Shown: positions 10,243 through 24,300 of the stretch, piece by piece | Position numbering within the stretch: position 1 is the stretch's first letter | Layout of the letters: every line of letters starts with the position of its first letter | NCBI RefSeq assembly: GCF_018350175.1 | Contig: NC_058368.1 | Location: forward strand, 136,340,001-136,404,000 | Direction: 5' to 3' | DNA from: Felis catus | Lineage: Eukaryota | Length of the DNA stretch: 64,000 nucleotides | The notes under the pieces: generated by a model | Seen by the model: only the letters and a program-made list of their open reading frames with translations | Told to the model about the DNA's origin: nothing | Databases searched by the model: none | Position numbers and translations under genes: made by a program

Positions 10243-12134
10243 AAACATAATTCTCTCTTGCCTGGCTAATGTGTGTTTATAATTTGTTTCCCTTGCCTTT
10301 ATAGATATAGCTACTCTAGTCTTGAGGGTCTATGAGCACAACTATTTTGGCTTAAGAATAGTTTATTAAATAGTCTAACTGGTGTTCCCTGAATTACTGA
10401 GAAGAGGAATCAGCAACAAGAAGGAGGTTAAACCTTTAGAAAAAAGAAGAGGTAATGGATGAAGTGAGGTTCTTGTCAAGGATGAGAAGGTGGGATTCAG
10501 AGCCAGGAAAAAGATAGCTTTGGGAAGGAAGGAGAAGGCAAGAGAGCACATGATATGTAAAGATATAGGGGACTTTATACATGTTTTGGCAGGACGTCGG
10601 GGGTAGTTATTTCATGGCTTCTGTTTTCCAAGGGAAGTAGGATATAAATTCATCTGCTGAGAAGAATGTTAAACAAATTATCTATTTACTAATTATATAT
10701 ACACAGTGTACAAATTGATGATAGGCAAACTCTACTAGAATGTGACAGATTCACCATAGGAAGTGATATGTTAAGGACTACAAAGAGAGGAAGATGAATT
10801 TAGGAGGCACAGTGGTGAATTATCAAGGCCTGTAGACAAAAATGATATTTGAGTGTTATTTGAAGAATGTGTAATATTTTAAAATGGGAAGATGGGGAAA
10901 ATTTTGTTTAAGGTGTAGGAAATAGTGTGACTGAAAGTGCACAAGGAAAAGAATGCAGTTAGAAATAACCTGAGTGCTGAATCCACGGGGAGTAAACTGG
11001 TGAACAAGGAGATAAGGGGTTGGTACGATTGTGGGTGAAGAGGCCAAGGCTTTATTCCTGATGGCTCTAGGGTATAATCAGAGCTGTGCCCTAGGAAGCT
11101 CATTCTGATACTCCACTAAAGGAGGGACCAGAAAGGGGAACATTGTACAGAAAGAGCAGGCAGGAATACACTGCAGCGGTCCAGAGAAGAAGTGATGAAG
11201 GCCTGGATGGATAAGGGTAATGTGGATGGACAGGAGGAATGCAGGAGACATTGTCCCGGAAGAGTCTGAAGCAGTAGTTTTCCCAAACTCTTCTTGTCCA
11301 TGATGGTGCTTCCCCTCAACTGTGGTAAAATGGTCTGGAGGCAGAGAAACCAAAGCTAAATATATCCAATTTGATCTAATTCCCGGTTCAGCATGCCTAC
11401 ATTTTAAGAGCCTACCTACGTGTGTCTATTGAAGTACAATTAATATATAATAAAATTCATTTTTTTCAAGCATATACTCTCTACATTTTCAGTGCTAAAA
11501 TGATAGTGGAAATGGGTGGCAGCTGTTTTCCTAATGTGTCCATTAACAAAATGAAATTAGGCATTTCTGTTTTGAGATGTTAGAACTTTGGGGGAAACTT
11601 GACTGGTCTGGAAAATCTAAAGGTGTGGAAACTATTGAACTCAGGGCAATTTATGGAACTGGTGTCTGACCGGCTGGAAGGATGGTATATATCAGAGAAA
11701 GGGACAGGCACAGAGGCTTGCAGGGGGGAGGCTGAGGTTTTGAATATATAAGGGACCTGGAGCTTCTCTAGGTTTTCCTAGTTTCCAGTCCAGAGGTGGC
11801 TTCACCAGAGGGAGGCAAGCACAGGACAGCACTGCAATGGAAGCGGGACGCCTGGTTTCCTGTCAAGGCTCAGCCACTCATTAGCTGTGTAACCTTGGGC
11901 AATTTGTGCAATCTTGCAGACATGCAAGACATCGAAGAGGCCCTTTCCAGTTGAAATATTTCAACTGACTTCATTCTACATTATTTCATCATACCTAACA
12001 TTCTGTGTTTGAGCAACTGGGAAATAAAGCATAATGCTCCAGCCCAAGTTGATTTTGGCTTTACGTGAACTGCAGGCTTTAACAAGAAAGAATAAACCTA
12101 AAATCACCTCAATTTTTTAAAGTATGGATTTCTT

Positions 12135-12352
12135 GGGGCTCCTGGGTGGCTCATGGATCATTCCGTTAAGCGTTCAACTTCGGTTCAGGTCATGATCTCG
12201 TAGTTCGTGGGTTCGAGGCCCCTGTTTGACTCTGTGCTGACAGCTCGGAGCCTGAGGCTGCTTCGGATTTTGTGTCTCTGTCTCTCTCTGGCCCTCCTCT
12301 GCTTGTGCTCTGTCTCTATCTCTCAATAATAAATAAACATTAAAAAAATTAA
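12135..12352 (+). mobile_element. SINEC
   Basis: ggggctcctgggtggctca head, CT tract, aataaataaac tail. Confidence 0.85.
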
Positions 12353-12424
12353 GTTTCGATTTCTTAAACACTAAACAATCTTGTGGAGAACCCTAAGCAT
12401 TTGGAATTTGAAGATAATTGTTTT

Positions 12425-12935
12425 AAAATTACATACATACATATTATACATACAAATTTTATTTATATATATTTATTTATATTTTATTTATTTATATATT
12501 TATGTATATATTTATATACATACAAATTTTATTTATATATAAATTACAAATTATATAATTATAACCTAATTATATAACTATGTATAGTTATAATAATACA
12601 TTATTGCAAATTATAATGTATACTATATTATTCGTAAATAATACTAATATTAAATATATAAATTATATAGTTACATATTTTTAGTAACTATGTATAACTA
12701 TATATGTAAATATATAACTCCACCATATATTACATATATAATGTATAGTATATATAATTAAATATAGTGTATGATATATGACTATATCATATATAATTTT
12801 AAAATTATGTGTATGTATAATATATTTGAAACATATTTCAATAAATTTTTAAATATATAAATATAATATATAAATATAAAATATAAATAAATATAATTAC
12901 ATTATAAATTATATGTATATAATTTATATACATTA
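12425..12935. repeat. Extremely AT-rich, TA-based low-complexity tract
   Basis: About 500 nt almost devoid of G/C. Confidence 0.9.
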
Positions 12936-13143
12936 GTTGCTTCCACACACAGTATAGTTTGCTTCCTTTTGTATTCTCATTTTTCAATTTTTTTTTGGTG
13001 GTTAGGACCCAGCTGGGGCTTTCCAAAGAGGAACACATATGCAGGCTTCATAAGGACTGAAAACCTCTGTAAAGGTGTAAGTGGAGAACATTTTTAACTT
13101 GGAAACGTTATACTAGAAAATACTTTTAAGTCTCTAAAATCTT

Positions 13144-13415
13144 TTTTTTTTTTTTAATTTTTTTTTTCAACGTTTTTTATTTATTTTTGGGACAGAGAGA
13201 GACAGAGCATGAACGGGGGAGGGGCGGAGAGAGAGGGAGACACAGAATTGGAAACAGGCTCCAGGCCCCGAGCCATCAGCCCAGAGCCATCAGCCCAGAG
13301 CCATCAGCCCAGAGCCATCAGCCCAGAGCCTGACGCGGGGCTCGAACTCACGGACCGCGAGATCTTGACCTGGCTGAAGTCGGACGCTTAACCGACTGCG
13401 CCACCCAGGCGCCCC
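13144..13415 (-). mobile_element. Young SINEC_Fc-type SINE with an internal 14-bp x4 tandem repeat
   Basis: CpG-intact; perfect 17-bp TSD taagtctctaaaatctt at 13127 and 13416. Confidence 0.92.
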
Positions 13416-13961
13416 TAAGTCTCTAAAATCTTAAAGCCACACTTCTGATAGATTGAGCTCCTGTATCTCAGGTGAGGTTTTGGGTGTTTGAGCTTCCGCT
13501 TTCTACATTCTGTTTTCTTTCGTGATTTATAGTGTCAACATTAAGGTTCTGGAGCAGTTTGGGCTTTGTGAGTTTATTAGGAGTTTGCTGTTGATTCTTA
13601 CTGTAGAGTTTACAAACCTAGTTTATACATTGTCTTCATTTTGGGATTGATCACAGAATTTCAGAATTGAAAGGAAACTTTGAGGTCATTTAATTAAATC
13701 TCATTTTATAAATGAGGAAACAGAGACCTTAATGGTAAAGTGACTTGTCTATTCCTGTGATGACCAAATGAAAATTCTGTGAGGCAAGCAGTCTATATTT
13801 GATAAATTGTGGGACATTTTATCAATAGAATCCCTCTTAGGACAAGCTATCCTCATTTGGGAGACTCTCTTGACAACTATTAGGGGTGGAAGCGAACCTT
13901 CCTTGATTAATTTTTGTTTATCTTTCTATCTCCTGTTACTCTATTTTAAAATGTGATTTAC

Positions 13962-13988
13962 TTTTTTAAAAAGTTTGTTTATTTATTT

Positions 13989-14043
<55 letters not shown>

Positions 14044-14205
14044 ACAAATGGGGGAGGAGCAGAGAGAGAGGGAGAGAGAATCCCAAGCAGGGTCCATGCT
14101 TAACCCAGAGAGCAACATGGGGCTTGATCTCACAATCCTGAGATTATGACCTGGACTAAAATCAAGAGTCAGATGCTTAACCAACTGAGCCACCCGGGAG
14201 CCCCC
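13962..14205 (-). mobile_element. SINEC
   Basis: Typical head, (GA)n tract and tail. Confidence 0.85.
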
Positions 14206-14399
14206 ATATAAGCCAATTCTAATGAATTTATTTCTAAAGAGGGAGTTTGTTATAAAGTGATCAGAGGGCAGGAAATATAGGTGAAGAAAGGAACTGGATA
14301 CCCAGAGCCAGTAGGAATCATTTCTTCTCTTTTGTTCGCTTTCTCTCCCTCATTCTCTCTCTTACTTTCTTACCCATACATGTTTCTCTCTCTCTCCAT

Positions 14400-17300
14400 A
14401 TTACTTTGCATAGGTTTATCTATGGTCTAGTAGTGGAATTGCTGGGTAGGTTGTACAGTATGCTCATTTTCAATGTTAGTAGATAATGCCAAATTGCTCT
14501 CTAAATTATTTAGAGAACTAATGGCTGTACCAATTTATGTTCCTACCGGTGGTGTGCAAGACTTCCCATTACTCCACAGGGTCACCTATGCTTGGAATGG
14601 TTAATTTAAAAATTTTGCCAATCTAGGGTGTCTGGCTGGCTCAGTCAGAAGAGTGTGTGAGTCTTGATCTTGGGGCTGTGAGTTTGAGCCCCACGTTGGG
14701 TGTAGAGATTACTTACAAAAATAAATAAAACTTAAAAAAATTTTTCTTTTGCGAATCTGATATCATTTTTGCCAATGGTATTTCATTGTTATTTTAAATA
14801 TTTTTTTTCAACGTTTATTTATTTTTGGGACAGAGAGAGACAGAGCATGAATGGGGGAGGGGCAGAGAGAGAGGGAGACACAGAATCGGAAACAGGCTCC
14901 AGGCTCCGAGCCATCAGCCCAGAGCCTGACGCGGGGCTCGAACTCACGGACCGCGAGATCGTGACCTGGCTGAAGTCGGACGCTTAACCGACTGCACCAC
15001 CCAGAAGCCCCTTCATTGTTATTTTAACTTGCATTCTTTTGACTACTCAAGAAGACCATATTTTAATATTTATTCGTATTTTCTCTTCTGTGATTTGTTT
15101 CTTCATGTACCTTACCTATTTTTTAGTTGGGTTGTTTGCATTTTTCTTTTGTTAAATGTTTACTTATTTTTGAGAGAAAGAGTTTGAGAAAGAGAGATTG
15201 TGAGTAGGGGAGGGACAGAAAGAGAGGGAGAGAGAGAATTCCAAACAGACTTAGCACTATCAGTGTAGAGCCCAGCTGGGGGCTTGATCTCATGAACCAT
15301 GAGATCATGACCTGAGCTGAAATCAAGAATTGGACCCTTAACTGACTGAGCCACCCAGGTGCCCCTGTTTGTTTTTTTCTAATCAATTTGTAGAAGTTCT
15401 TTATATATTTTGAATACTACTCCCTTATTGACTATATAGTGTTGCAAATATCTCCTAATCTATGGCTTATCTTTTTACCATAGTATCATTTGCTGTGCAG
15501 AGTTACAAATTTTAATGTAGTTAAAAATTTTCCTTCCATGTTTGTGCTAAGTGTAAGACATAATACTGGTTCAAATCATAAAGACATAATACTGGTTCTC
15601 CTATAATTGTCTTTAAGATTTGTAATTTTGCACTTTAAGGTTATTAACCCATAATTTTTGTGTATGGTGATATGAGATTTCATATTTTTTTATATGGGAG
15701 AGTCGTAGTCTCATCTCATCTTTATTGAAGATAAATACTTTTTCCCACTGATGTATAATACCAACTCTGTGAATTTTCATGTTTTTGTTTTTTTTTTTTA
15801 ATTTGTGGGTCTGTTTCTAAACTCTATCCTGTCCCATTGACTTATTAGTTTATTTGGACACCACAACCACACACTATTTACAGAGTATTTGGGCATTGAT
15901 ACCTCTGTCTGCAACCTCAAGCCAGTACGTCCAGGAACATACCTGCAGTTAACAAATTAGGTTTATTACTAGTTTCAGTTTGGGTTAGGGACCCATGTGG
16001 CATCTCAGTAAGACAGTGTGGAAAGACAAAACAAAACAAAACAAAACAAAACAAAACACTCACACAAGCACCTTCTTGTAGGATGTGGGCTTTTGTTGAA
16101 TGATTCTGGGAAAGGCCTGAGAGAGAGGGGAGTAACTCTGGATTGGGTGTCTTCAGAAAGTGGGGACATTCGATGATTGGATATCTCCATAGATATTATC
16201 TATAGGGAGAGGAGGCTAGAGGGAGGACAAAATGATACTTGGTAAAGAAGTAGCAGGCACTTGTTTAGTGAGAGACAGGAATGCTTGGTATGTTGTGCGT
16301 TGTATGGAGGTTTTATCTGTGTTTATGCAAAATTATCAAGTGGCTTTGTTTTGACTCAGTTTATTTTGGTTGATGAGTGACCTTGTCTGAGGTGGTATTC
16401 TGTAAGATGGTGTATGGCCTACACGAAGCACCAGGCCAGCTTCCAACAACACTGAGGCCAGCTGCAAGCCTCAGACTGGTTCCTGGTTGGTTCATCTGGT
16501 AGAACAATCCTCCTCTCACCCATACACAGTTCTTCAGAATACTTTTATTCTTGTTTATTTATGGTTACATATGAATTTTAGTATCAGCTTATAAAGTTTT
16601 ACAAAAGGTCTGTTGGATTTTGCTTGGATTTGCGTTGAACTTACAAATTAATGATGGAAAGAACTGAAATGTTGAGCTTATTTCATCTTTTGATTTATTA
16701 ACATGGTATGATTTCTCCACTTATTTAGATCTTTAAAAATGTCCTTCAATAACTTTAATAATGTTCTTCATATATGTTTTGGATTTACTAGGTTTTAGAC
16801 TTTTTTAGGTTCTAGATTTATTATTTGGATTCTAATTTTTTGTTGCTGACATGTATGCTTTTTAATTCTATCATATTTTATAATTGGTTTATTGACATAA
16901 AGGAATGCTATGCACCATGTTTATATATTGATGATATCCTGTAATGTTCCTGAGTTTTCCTCTTGGTTCTAAGTATTTCAATATGTTCTTTTGGACTTTC
17001 TATGTAGACAATCATGTTATCTGAAAATAAGGAGAGTTTTTTCTTCCTTTCTCATTCTTATAATTATACTTATTATTTTATTACATTGACTATGTCTGTT
17101 AGTATGTCAATAGTATAGGGGTGATGGTAGACATTCTTATTCTTGACTTCAATGACAATTTTTCTAAAGTTTCATAGGAAATTATTTTGTTAGGTTATTT
17201 ATATTTTTTATTATTTATTTTCTTATTAACATTTTTTAATGTTTATTTTATTTTTTTTTTTAAATTTTTTTTCAACATTTATTATTTATTTTTGGGACAG

Positions 17301-19478
17301 AGAGAGACAGAGCGTGAACGGGGGAGGGGCAGAGAGAGAGGGAGACACAGAATCGGAAGCAGGCTCCAGGCTCTGAGCCATCAGCCCAGAGCCCGACGCG
17401 GGGCTCGAACTCACGGACCGCGAGATCATGACCTGGCTGAAGTCGGACGCTTAACCGACTGCGCCACCCAGGCGCCCCTAATGTTTATTTTAGAGAGACA
17501 GAGAGTGACACAAAGCATGGGTGGGGGAGGGGCAGAGAGAGAGGGAGACACAGAATCCAAAGCAGGCTCTAGACTCTGAGCTGTCAGCACAGAGCCCAGT
17601 GTGGGGCTTGAACTCACGGACTGTGAGATCATGACCTGAGGCAAAGTTGGATGCTTAACCAACTGAGCCTCCCAGGTGCCCCTTAGTTTTTGAAGAGGAG
17701 ATAGCAATTTCGTTTAAAAAAATTTTTTTTTAATGTTTATTTTTGAGAGAGAGAGAAACAGAGTGTGAGTAGGGGAGGGTAGAAGGAAAGAGAGAGACAG
17801 ACTCCAAAACAGGCTCTAGGCTCTGAGCTGTCAGCACAGAGCCCAATGTGGGACTGTAACTCATGAACTGTAAGATCATGACCTAAGCTGAAGTTGGATG
17901 CCCAACTGACTGAGCCACCCAAGCATCCCTGTTTGGTCATTTTTAAAATACATGCTCTTGGGGCGCCTGGGTGGCGCAGTCGGTTAAGCGTCCGACTTCA
18001 GCCAGGTCACGATCTCGCGGTCCGGGAGTTCGAGCCCCGCGTCGGGCCGGCTCTGGGCTGATGGCTCAGAGCCTGGAGCCTGTTTCTGATTCTGTGTCTC
18101 CCTCTCTCTCTGCCCCTCCCCTGTTCATGCTCTGTCTCTCTCTGTCTCAAAAATAAATAAACGTTGAAAAAAAAAAAAAGAAAAAAAATTTTAAAATACA
18201 TACTCTTAAATTTGAAAAAAAGAGGGGGATGCCTGGGAGGCTCAGTCAGTTAAGTGTTCAATTCTTGATTTTGGCCAGGATCATAATCTCAGGGTCATGG
18301 GATCCAGCCCCCTGTTGGACCCATGCTGAGCACGGAACCTGCTTAAGATTTTCTCTCTCTCTCCCTCAGGCCATCTCCCCTCCATGCTCTCTCTTTCTTT
18401 CTTGAAAAAAAAAAGTATATATGTATATATATGTATATACATATATATGTATATATATGTATATACATATATATGTATATACACATACATATAGATACAC
18501 ATATATACATATATATACTCTTTCTTAAATTAAGGAAATTTATTTCTAATTCCTGGTTTGATAAGTTTTTGCTTTGCAAACATGAATGAGTACTGAATTT
18601 TGTAGAGCTTTTTTCTGCATTTACTGATACAATTCTATTTTTCTTAATTTTTTAAAATATTTATTTGTTTTGGAGAGACAGAGACAGAGGGCGAGCAGGG
18701 GAGGAGCAAGAGGGAGGGAGACACAGAACCTGAAGCAGGCTCCATGCTCTGAGCTGTCAACACAGAGCCTGACATGGGACTGGAACTCACGAACCAGAGA
18801 TCATGACCTGAGCCAAAGTGGGACACTCAACCGACTGAGACACGCAGGCGCCCCTATTTTTCTTTTTTTTTTTTTTCAACGTTTATTTATTTTTGGGACA
18901 GAGAGAGACAGAGCATGAACGGGGGAGGGGCAGAGAGAGAGGGAGACACAGAATCAGAAACAGGCTCCAGGCTCTGAGCCATCAGCCCAGAGCCTGACGC
19001 GGGGCTCGAACTCACGGACCGCGAGATCGTGACCTGGCTGAAGTCGGACGCTTAACCGACTGCGCCACCCAGGCACCCCTATTTTTCTTAATCTATTAAT
19101 AATCTGACTTAATCTACAGCCTAGAGAAGTGGTCACCCTCCTGCAGAGCTCCATGGATACATGCTAGTGGTGGAGCAATCAGTCTTGGTGGAGTGCTGAG
19201 GTGGACGATCAGGGCTGGAGCCCACGCTTCCGCCATGTCCTACAGCCATAGTCCCTGAGCAGCCGGGTGTGCGGCTGATACTTCCCGCAACCCAACGATC
19301 TAATATCTGATCCTTCTATACCCTGGGCATGCAGTGCAAAACCACATGCCTGCTCCTGCTCTTGCTTCCACCATGAGTTTCTCCTCACATGCTGCTTGTG
19401 CTGCTTGGTAGTTCACCTTGTCTGCTTGACATGGTTTATTTACTGATAGATTTTTTTTTAGGTTTATTTATTTACTTT

Positions 19479-19537
<59 letters not shown>

Positions 19538-21800
19538 CGAGCATGAGTGGGAGAGGCACAGAGAGAGAGAGAGGGAGAGAGTGAGAGTGAGAATATCAAG
19601 CAGCCTCCATATGGAGCCTGATGTGGGGCGATCTCACGAATCATGAGATCCTGATCTGAGCTGAAATCAAGAATCAGACGCTTAGCCAACTGAGCCACCA
19701 AGGCGCCCCAATTGATAGATTTTCTAATGGTGTTTTTCCTTTTATGGGATAAACTCTACTTAGTTATGACGCATTTTATAACACATTTTGGCTTTGATTT
19801 GTTAATTTATAAACTAAAAAACTTTTATGTCTATGTTTCTAAGAAAGATAGGTTTGTAATTTTATTTTCTTGTCTTTATCATTGTCCAATTTTGGTAGTA
19901 GGCTAAGTTGCCTCAAAAAATACATTAAAGAGTTTGCTTTCTCTCTACTTTCCCGGTCCTTTGAAGCAGTTTGTAAAGAAGGATTATCTGTGGAGGTTTG
20001 GTCAAGTCCTTTGTCAGTGGGAAATTTTGGTGACTAACTCCATTTCTTTAATGATTTTTAAATGACCTCAGAACTATGAATGGAGAAAGATGAGACATGA
20101 GAGATTCCAGTTGGGCTTAATTTAAATCTAGGTAGGTAGGAAGGATATAAAAAGATCTAGGAATAGGACAAGAAAGGACTAAGTTTTTGAATTTGTAATT
20201 TTGATTAATTAAAGGCTAAATTTAAAAACCAAAGTAGCACTTGAATAATCTTTTGTGTTACCTCTCCTAAGCCTCTCAGGCTTTCATTCTAGAGCCAGGC
20301 TTTACAGTGGAGGTTTGAGTCTCCTGGTAAGTGGTAATCACAGATAGTCAGAGGGTTTTATGGCTTTCCTGCCAGCTGTTTTCTTTCTTTTTTTTATTAA
20401 AAATTTTTTTTTTACATTTATTTATTTTTGAGAGAAAGAGTGAGACAAAGTGAGAATGGGGGAGAGGCAGAGAGAGAGGGAGATACAGGACAGGAAGCAG
20501 GCTCCAGGCTCTGAGCTGTCAGCACAGAGCCCAATGCGGGGCTCGAACCCACAGACCGTGAGATCATGACCTGAGTCGAAGACAGACGCTCAACCAACTG
20601 AGCCACCCAGGCGCCCTCCTCCTTTATAAATTTTTTTTTTTTTTGCTGGCTGTTTTCCGAGAAGTGATTCCAGGATTCAGCCAGTTATGTGTTCAGTTTC
20701 TGTTTCCTAGGCCGTAGACCTGTCCTCCTTCCCTGGGTTTATGACTTGGTGTAAGCTCTAGACCCAGGCAGCCTTCTAAGGCAATTAAAACAAACGTAGA
20801 CTTGTTTCATGATTGGAAGACCTCCACTCCAGCTTCTATTTTGGAACAGGTTTAGTCCTTTTACCCTGTAGAAGCCAAACTCTTAGCTGCCACTGCCAGC
20901 GTCTGAACCCTGGGCCAAGCAAATTCCCAGCTTCAATCTGTTCCTGACCTTGAATTTATGGTCCACTGGAATCCTTATCTTCCTTTCTGAGGCTAGCTGT
21001 ATCTTTTCATGTTTTTCTTTTCTATATTTATATTTTTCTATATTTTTACTTTAGGGAGAATTTGTTAATATTTGCATAAAACTTGTCAACCATATAGCAA
21101 CCAATGCTTTTGTTGACTTAATTCTGTTTCATTGGTTTATTACTCATCATTGATTCTTCTATAACTGGTCCTAATTGTTGAATTCCTTTTTCCATTTCCT
21201 TGGACTCTTTCTTCAGGTGAATTTTTGGGGACTGGTACTTGGGTATTATGGTTCTGAATCCTTGCATACTTGAATTTGTATTTATTTTGCTCTCACAGGG
21301 AACATACTTTTTAGACACAGATATAGAACGTTCTTCTCATGCTCTTGCTCTTCTGTTTTCTGGCATTGGGCTAAGTAAGGGACACCTTTTACTATAATTG
21401 TCCTTTGTTAAATAAATGTTTGTTTCTTCTTTAATATATGAGTAGATGTTATTTTATATATTTGAACTTCAGAAATGTTACCCAGGGTGCCTTGGTGTAG
21501 GTGGTCTTTCTCCATATTCTTTCTTGAATCTCATTGAGTCCTTTTGACTGAAAGACTAAAGATTTTTCTTAGGTGAAGTGTAGATATTTCTCTCATTTCT
21601 TTATTATTTCTCTGGTGTACATTTAGTTCTTTTTCTGGGATTCCTTTTGTATAAATATAGAATCTCTCATATATATGTGTTATGTGAACTATATCTCTTC
21701 TCCTTTTCATCTTGATCTTTTCCCTCTGAGTCCTGAGCCTATGAATCTAATTCATAGATTTGTTTGTATTCAGTAACTAACCTAATTACCACAAATGGAG
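14400..21800 (-). mobile_element. Fragmented old L1 (L1M-type) with many nested insertions: SINEs at about 14627, 14798, 15150, 17250, 17480, 17720, 17959, 18224, 18645, 18865, 19450 and 20390, and an LTR-like piece at about 15900-16490
   Basis: T-rich antisense L1 phrases resume after each insertion (e.g. tagtagtggaattgctgggt, ctatgtagacaatcatgttatctg). SINEs recognised by ccacccaggcgcccc heads and TSDs. Confidence 0.7.
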
Positions 21801-24081
21801 CTTCCTTCATACTCCTTTGTCCTATGGTACTGGTATGAAAAACAAATGCTCCTGAGAGGTAGAGACCATTCTTTCACTCTGCTTCTGTTATGGTGGATTT
21901 TTCACCTTCTCTCTTTTGAGGACTGCAAAGAGGCCAACGTATCAGAGCCCCAAGGGGAGACACTAGGAATAGCTTTATCTACCTCACACTTGGTAAAGCC
22001 TGCCTCTGGCTGGAGATCTCAAAGACTCAACATACACCCCAAAGGGTGGAAGAGCACCAAGGACTCTGAGATGCCATGTGGGAGTGGCATCTCTCATTCT
22101 TCAAGTCACACTATGATTATAAGAGCAGTCATTTTGTTTTTATACATGCAGTAATAGAATCTTTTTTTTTTTTTTTTAATTTTCACTTAGGGAGTTAGAG
22201 ACAGAGATAGAGATACAGATAGAGCCGGCGAGCAAGAGTGCCTTTGTGCTGTGTTGCGGGGGAAGGGTTGAGGGAGAACACATTTGGAAAAGGAATTTAG
22301 GGAAAGAACATAAATATCAAATGAGCACTTATTCCATTATTTGCTGGGTGGTGGTATATATTGGAAACCTCTCTTTCTGATCTTCAATGAATTGTTCAGT
22401 AAATTCTTTGTTACTCAAAGTAACAATTGATGTGATTTTATTAAAAAATATTTATCAAGACTTTTTTCCATGCCATAAATTTATTTACAAACATATCAAG
22501 TATGTTGAATTCAAGAGTTTGATCCATTTTTCAGACATTGTATCTCCTAAAATGCTCCTTTTCACATCTGTTTAAAGGATTAAGTGAAACATCCTTATTT
22601 CTTAAGCAGTTGGTGTCTTACTATAAAAAAAAGGTTCAGCAAATCCAGATCCATAGTACACAGTCATCTTGTTAGTTGCTGCCACTTGTTTTCCACTGAA
22701 AATGGCAAATTCTTTCCTGGGCCCTCCTCACAGTGGCTCCTGCAGACTTTAGGGGTTGTCAACCTCCAGATGCTCAGTCCCAACATAGTGATGTTGGAAG
22801 TTTGTGAAAGGTGCAGAGACCCAAGATGAAAGGAATGGCCTCAATACTTCTTTTTTTATCTAATATCTAACATGGTAAGATAGTTGTATCCATTTATTCA
22901 TCTCTTTCTTCATTATTCATCAAATATTTTTGAGTACCTACTCTATGTCTGGTGCTATGCAGGCTCTAGGAATATAGCAGAGAAGAAAACAGTAAAAATT
23001 GCCACCCTCAAGGAGCTTATGATTTTATGTAACAAGAAGGCTCTGTTTAAGTGGAGCCCATATAAATAAACTTATGGAGGGAGAAAGATTTGTACAGTGG
23101 CTTTGAATCCCTCCTCCCTGGAATTTGTCTGTGTCATCTCTTCTTTTACCTGTTCCTATATGATACTCTTCACTCTCATGTTTTCAGGTTGCCTAGAATT
23201 CCTTTTATCTGTGTATCTTAGCTTCTGACATTTGTTTCCAACCCCCTTTGGCTCCAATGACCTATTTTGCGTATACTCTCCAACTATACTTTGGCATTGA
23301 TCTCCTAATGAGTTCTCAATTTTACCCTCTAACCCCTAATCTCTGTGGTTGCTGTAAAAGACCCACTGCCTCCTCCTCCTCAACTTTTCAACAGGTCCCC
23401 AGGACCAGGCCTAATTTCTGTTTAGGCATTCTATAAGGAGGATCTGATAACATTCACCATATGCCAGAGGGACATGCTCCCAGTTTTAATCCACAAGTAT
23501 TTCTGCATGAAAACCCGGTTTATTTGGATAAGAAGTCTGAATCTGTGCGTGTAGAAGCACACACACTCTGCGCTGGTTTTCTGTCCATCATCTGTTTCCC
23601 CAGAGCACTTCCATGCTGTCACCAAGGACAACTGCACACAGGGGCTGTCTGCTCTCGGGATGATTGAAGCCATTAATAATTTACCAAACTCTGGCTGCTG
23701 CCTTTCATTAATTATCACTATGCTAATGATGTCCCTCAGGAAAAGAGAAAAGTAATTCCTCCTCCAATGCAGGCTCAGTGGAGACAGACCATATTTCATA
23801 AATAAACCAGGGGTGGGCGTTTTGCCTTGAATCTTTTTGAATTCTTCTTTTGCAGAGATAGAGGAGGTATAAGTAGACATAATCAGATAGAATAAGGCAG
23901 GTAAAGATTCTGTTTGAATACCAGTGTCAATGTGCTGTCACTATGGCTCTGATTTAGCCTGTCTGTTCTTTCATGTAGGAGATGGAGCCACTTTTTCTGA
24001 GATGTGTTCTTAGTACAGGTAGAGACTTTCTTAAAATGTGGCACCAAGAACTGAATATAATCCTCTAAAATGAGATTGCCT

Positions 24082-24300
24082 CAGGCGCCTGGGTGGCTCA
24101 GTCAGTTAAGCATCTGACTTCAGCTCAGGTCATGATCTTATGGCTCATGAGTTCAAGCCCTACCTTGGGCTCTCTGCTGTCCACACACAGCCTGCTTCAG
24201 ATCCTCTGTCTCCCTCTGTCTCTGCCCCTCCCTCACTAGCATGTGCATGCACTTTGTCTCTCTCTCTCTCAAAAACAAATAAACATTAAACAAAAATAAA
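24082..24300 (+). mobile_element. SINEC
   Basis: TSD taaaatgagattg(c/t)ctca on both sides. Confidence 0.88.

Noticed and set aside
13270..13330. CRISPR-like or other spaced array
   Set aside because: Units are contiguous without spacers and the DNA is mammalian.
14627..14740. tRNA-like sequence
   Set aside because: A short tRNA-derived carnivore SINE with an A-rich tail, not a tRNA gene.
23431..23880. 149-aa minus-strand ORF
   Set aside because: No recognisable domain or gene context; compatible with a chance ORF.
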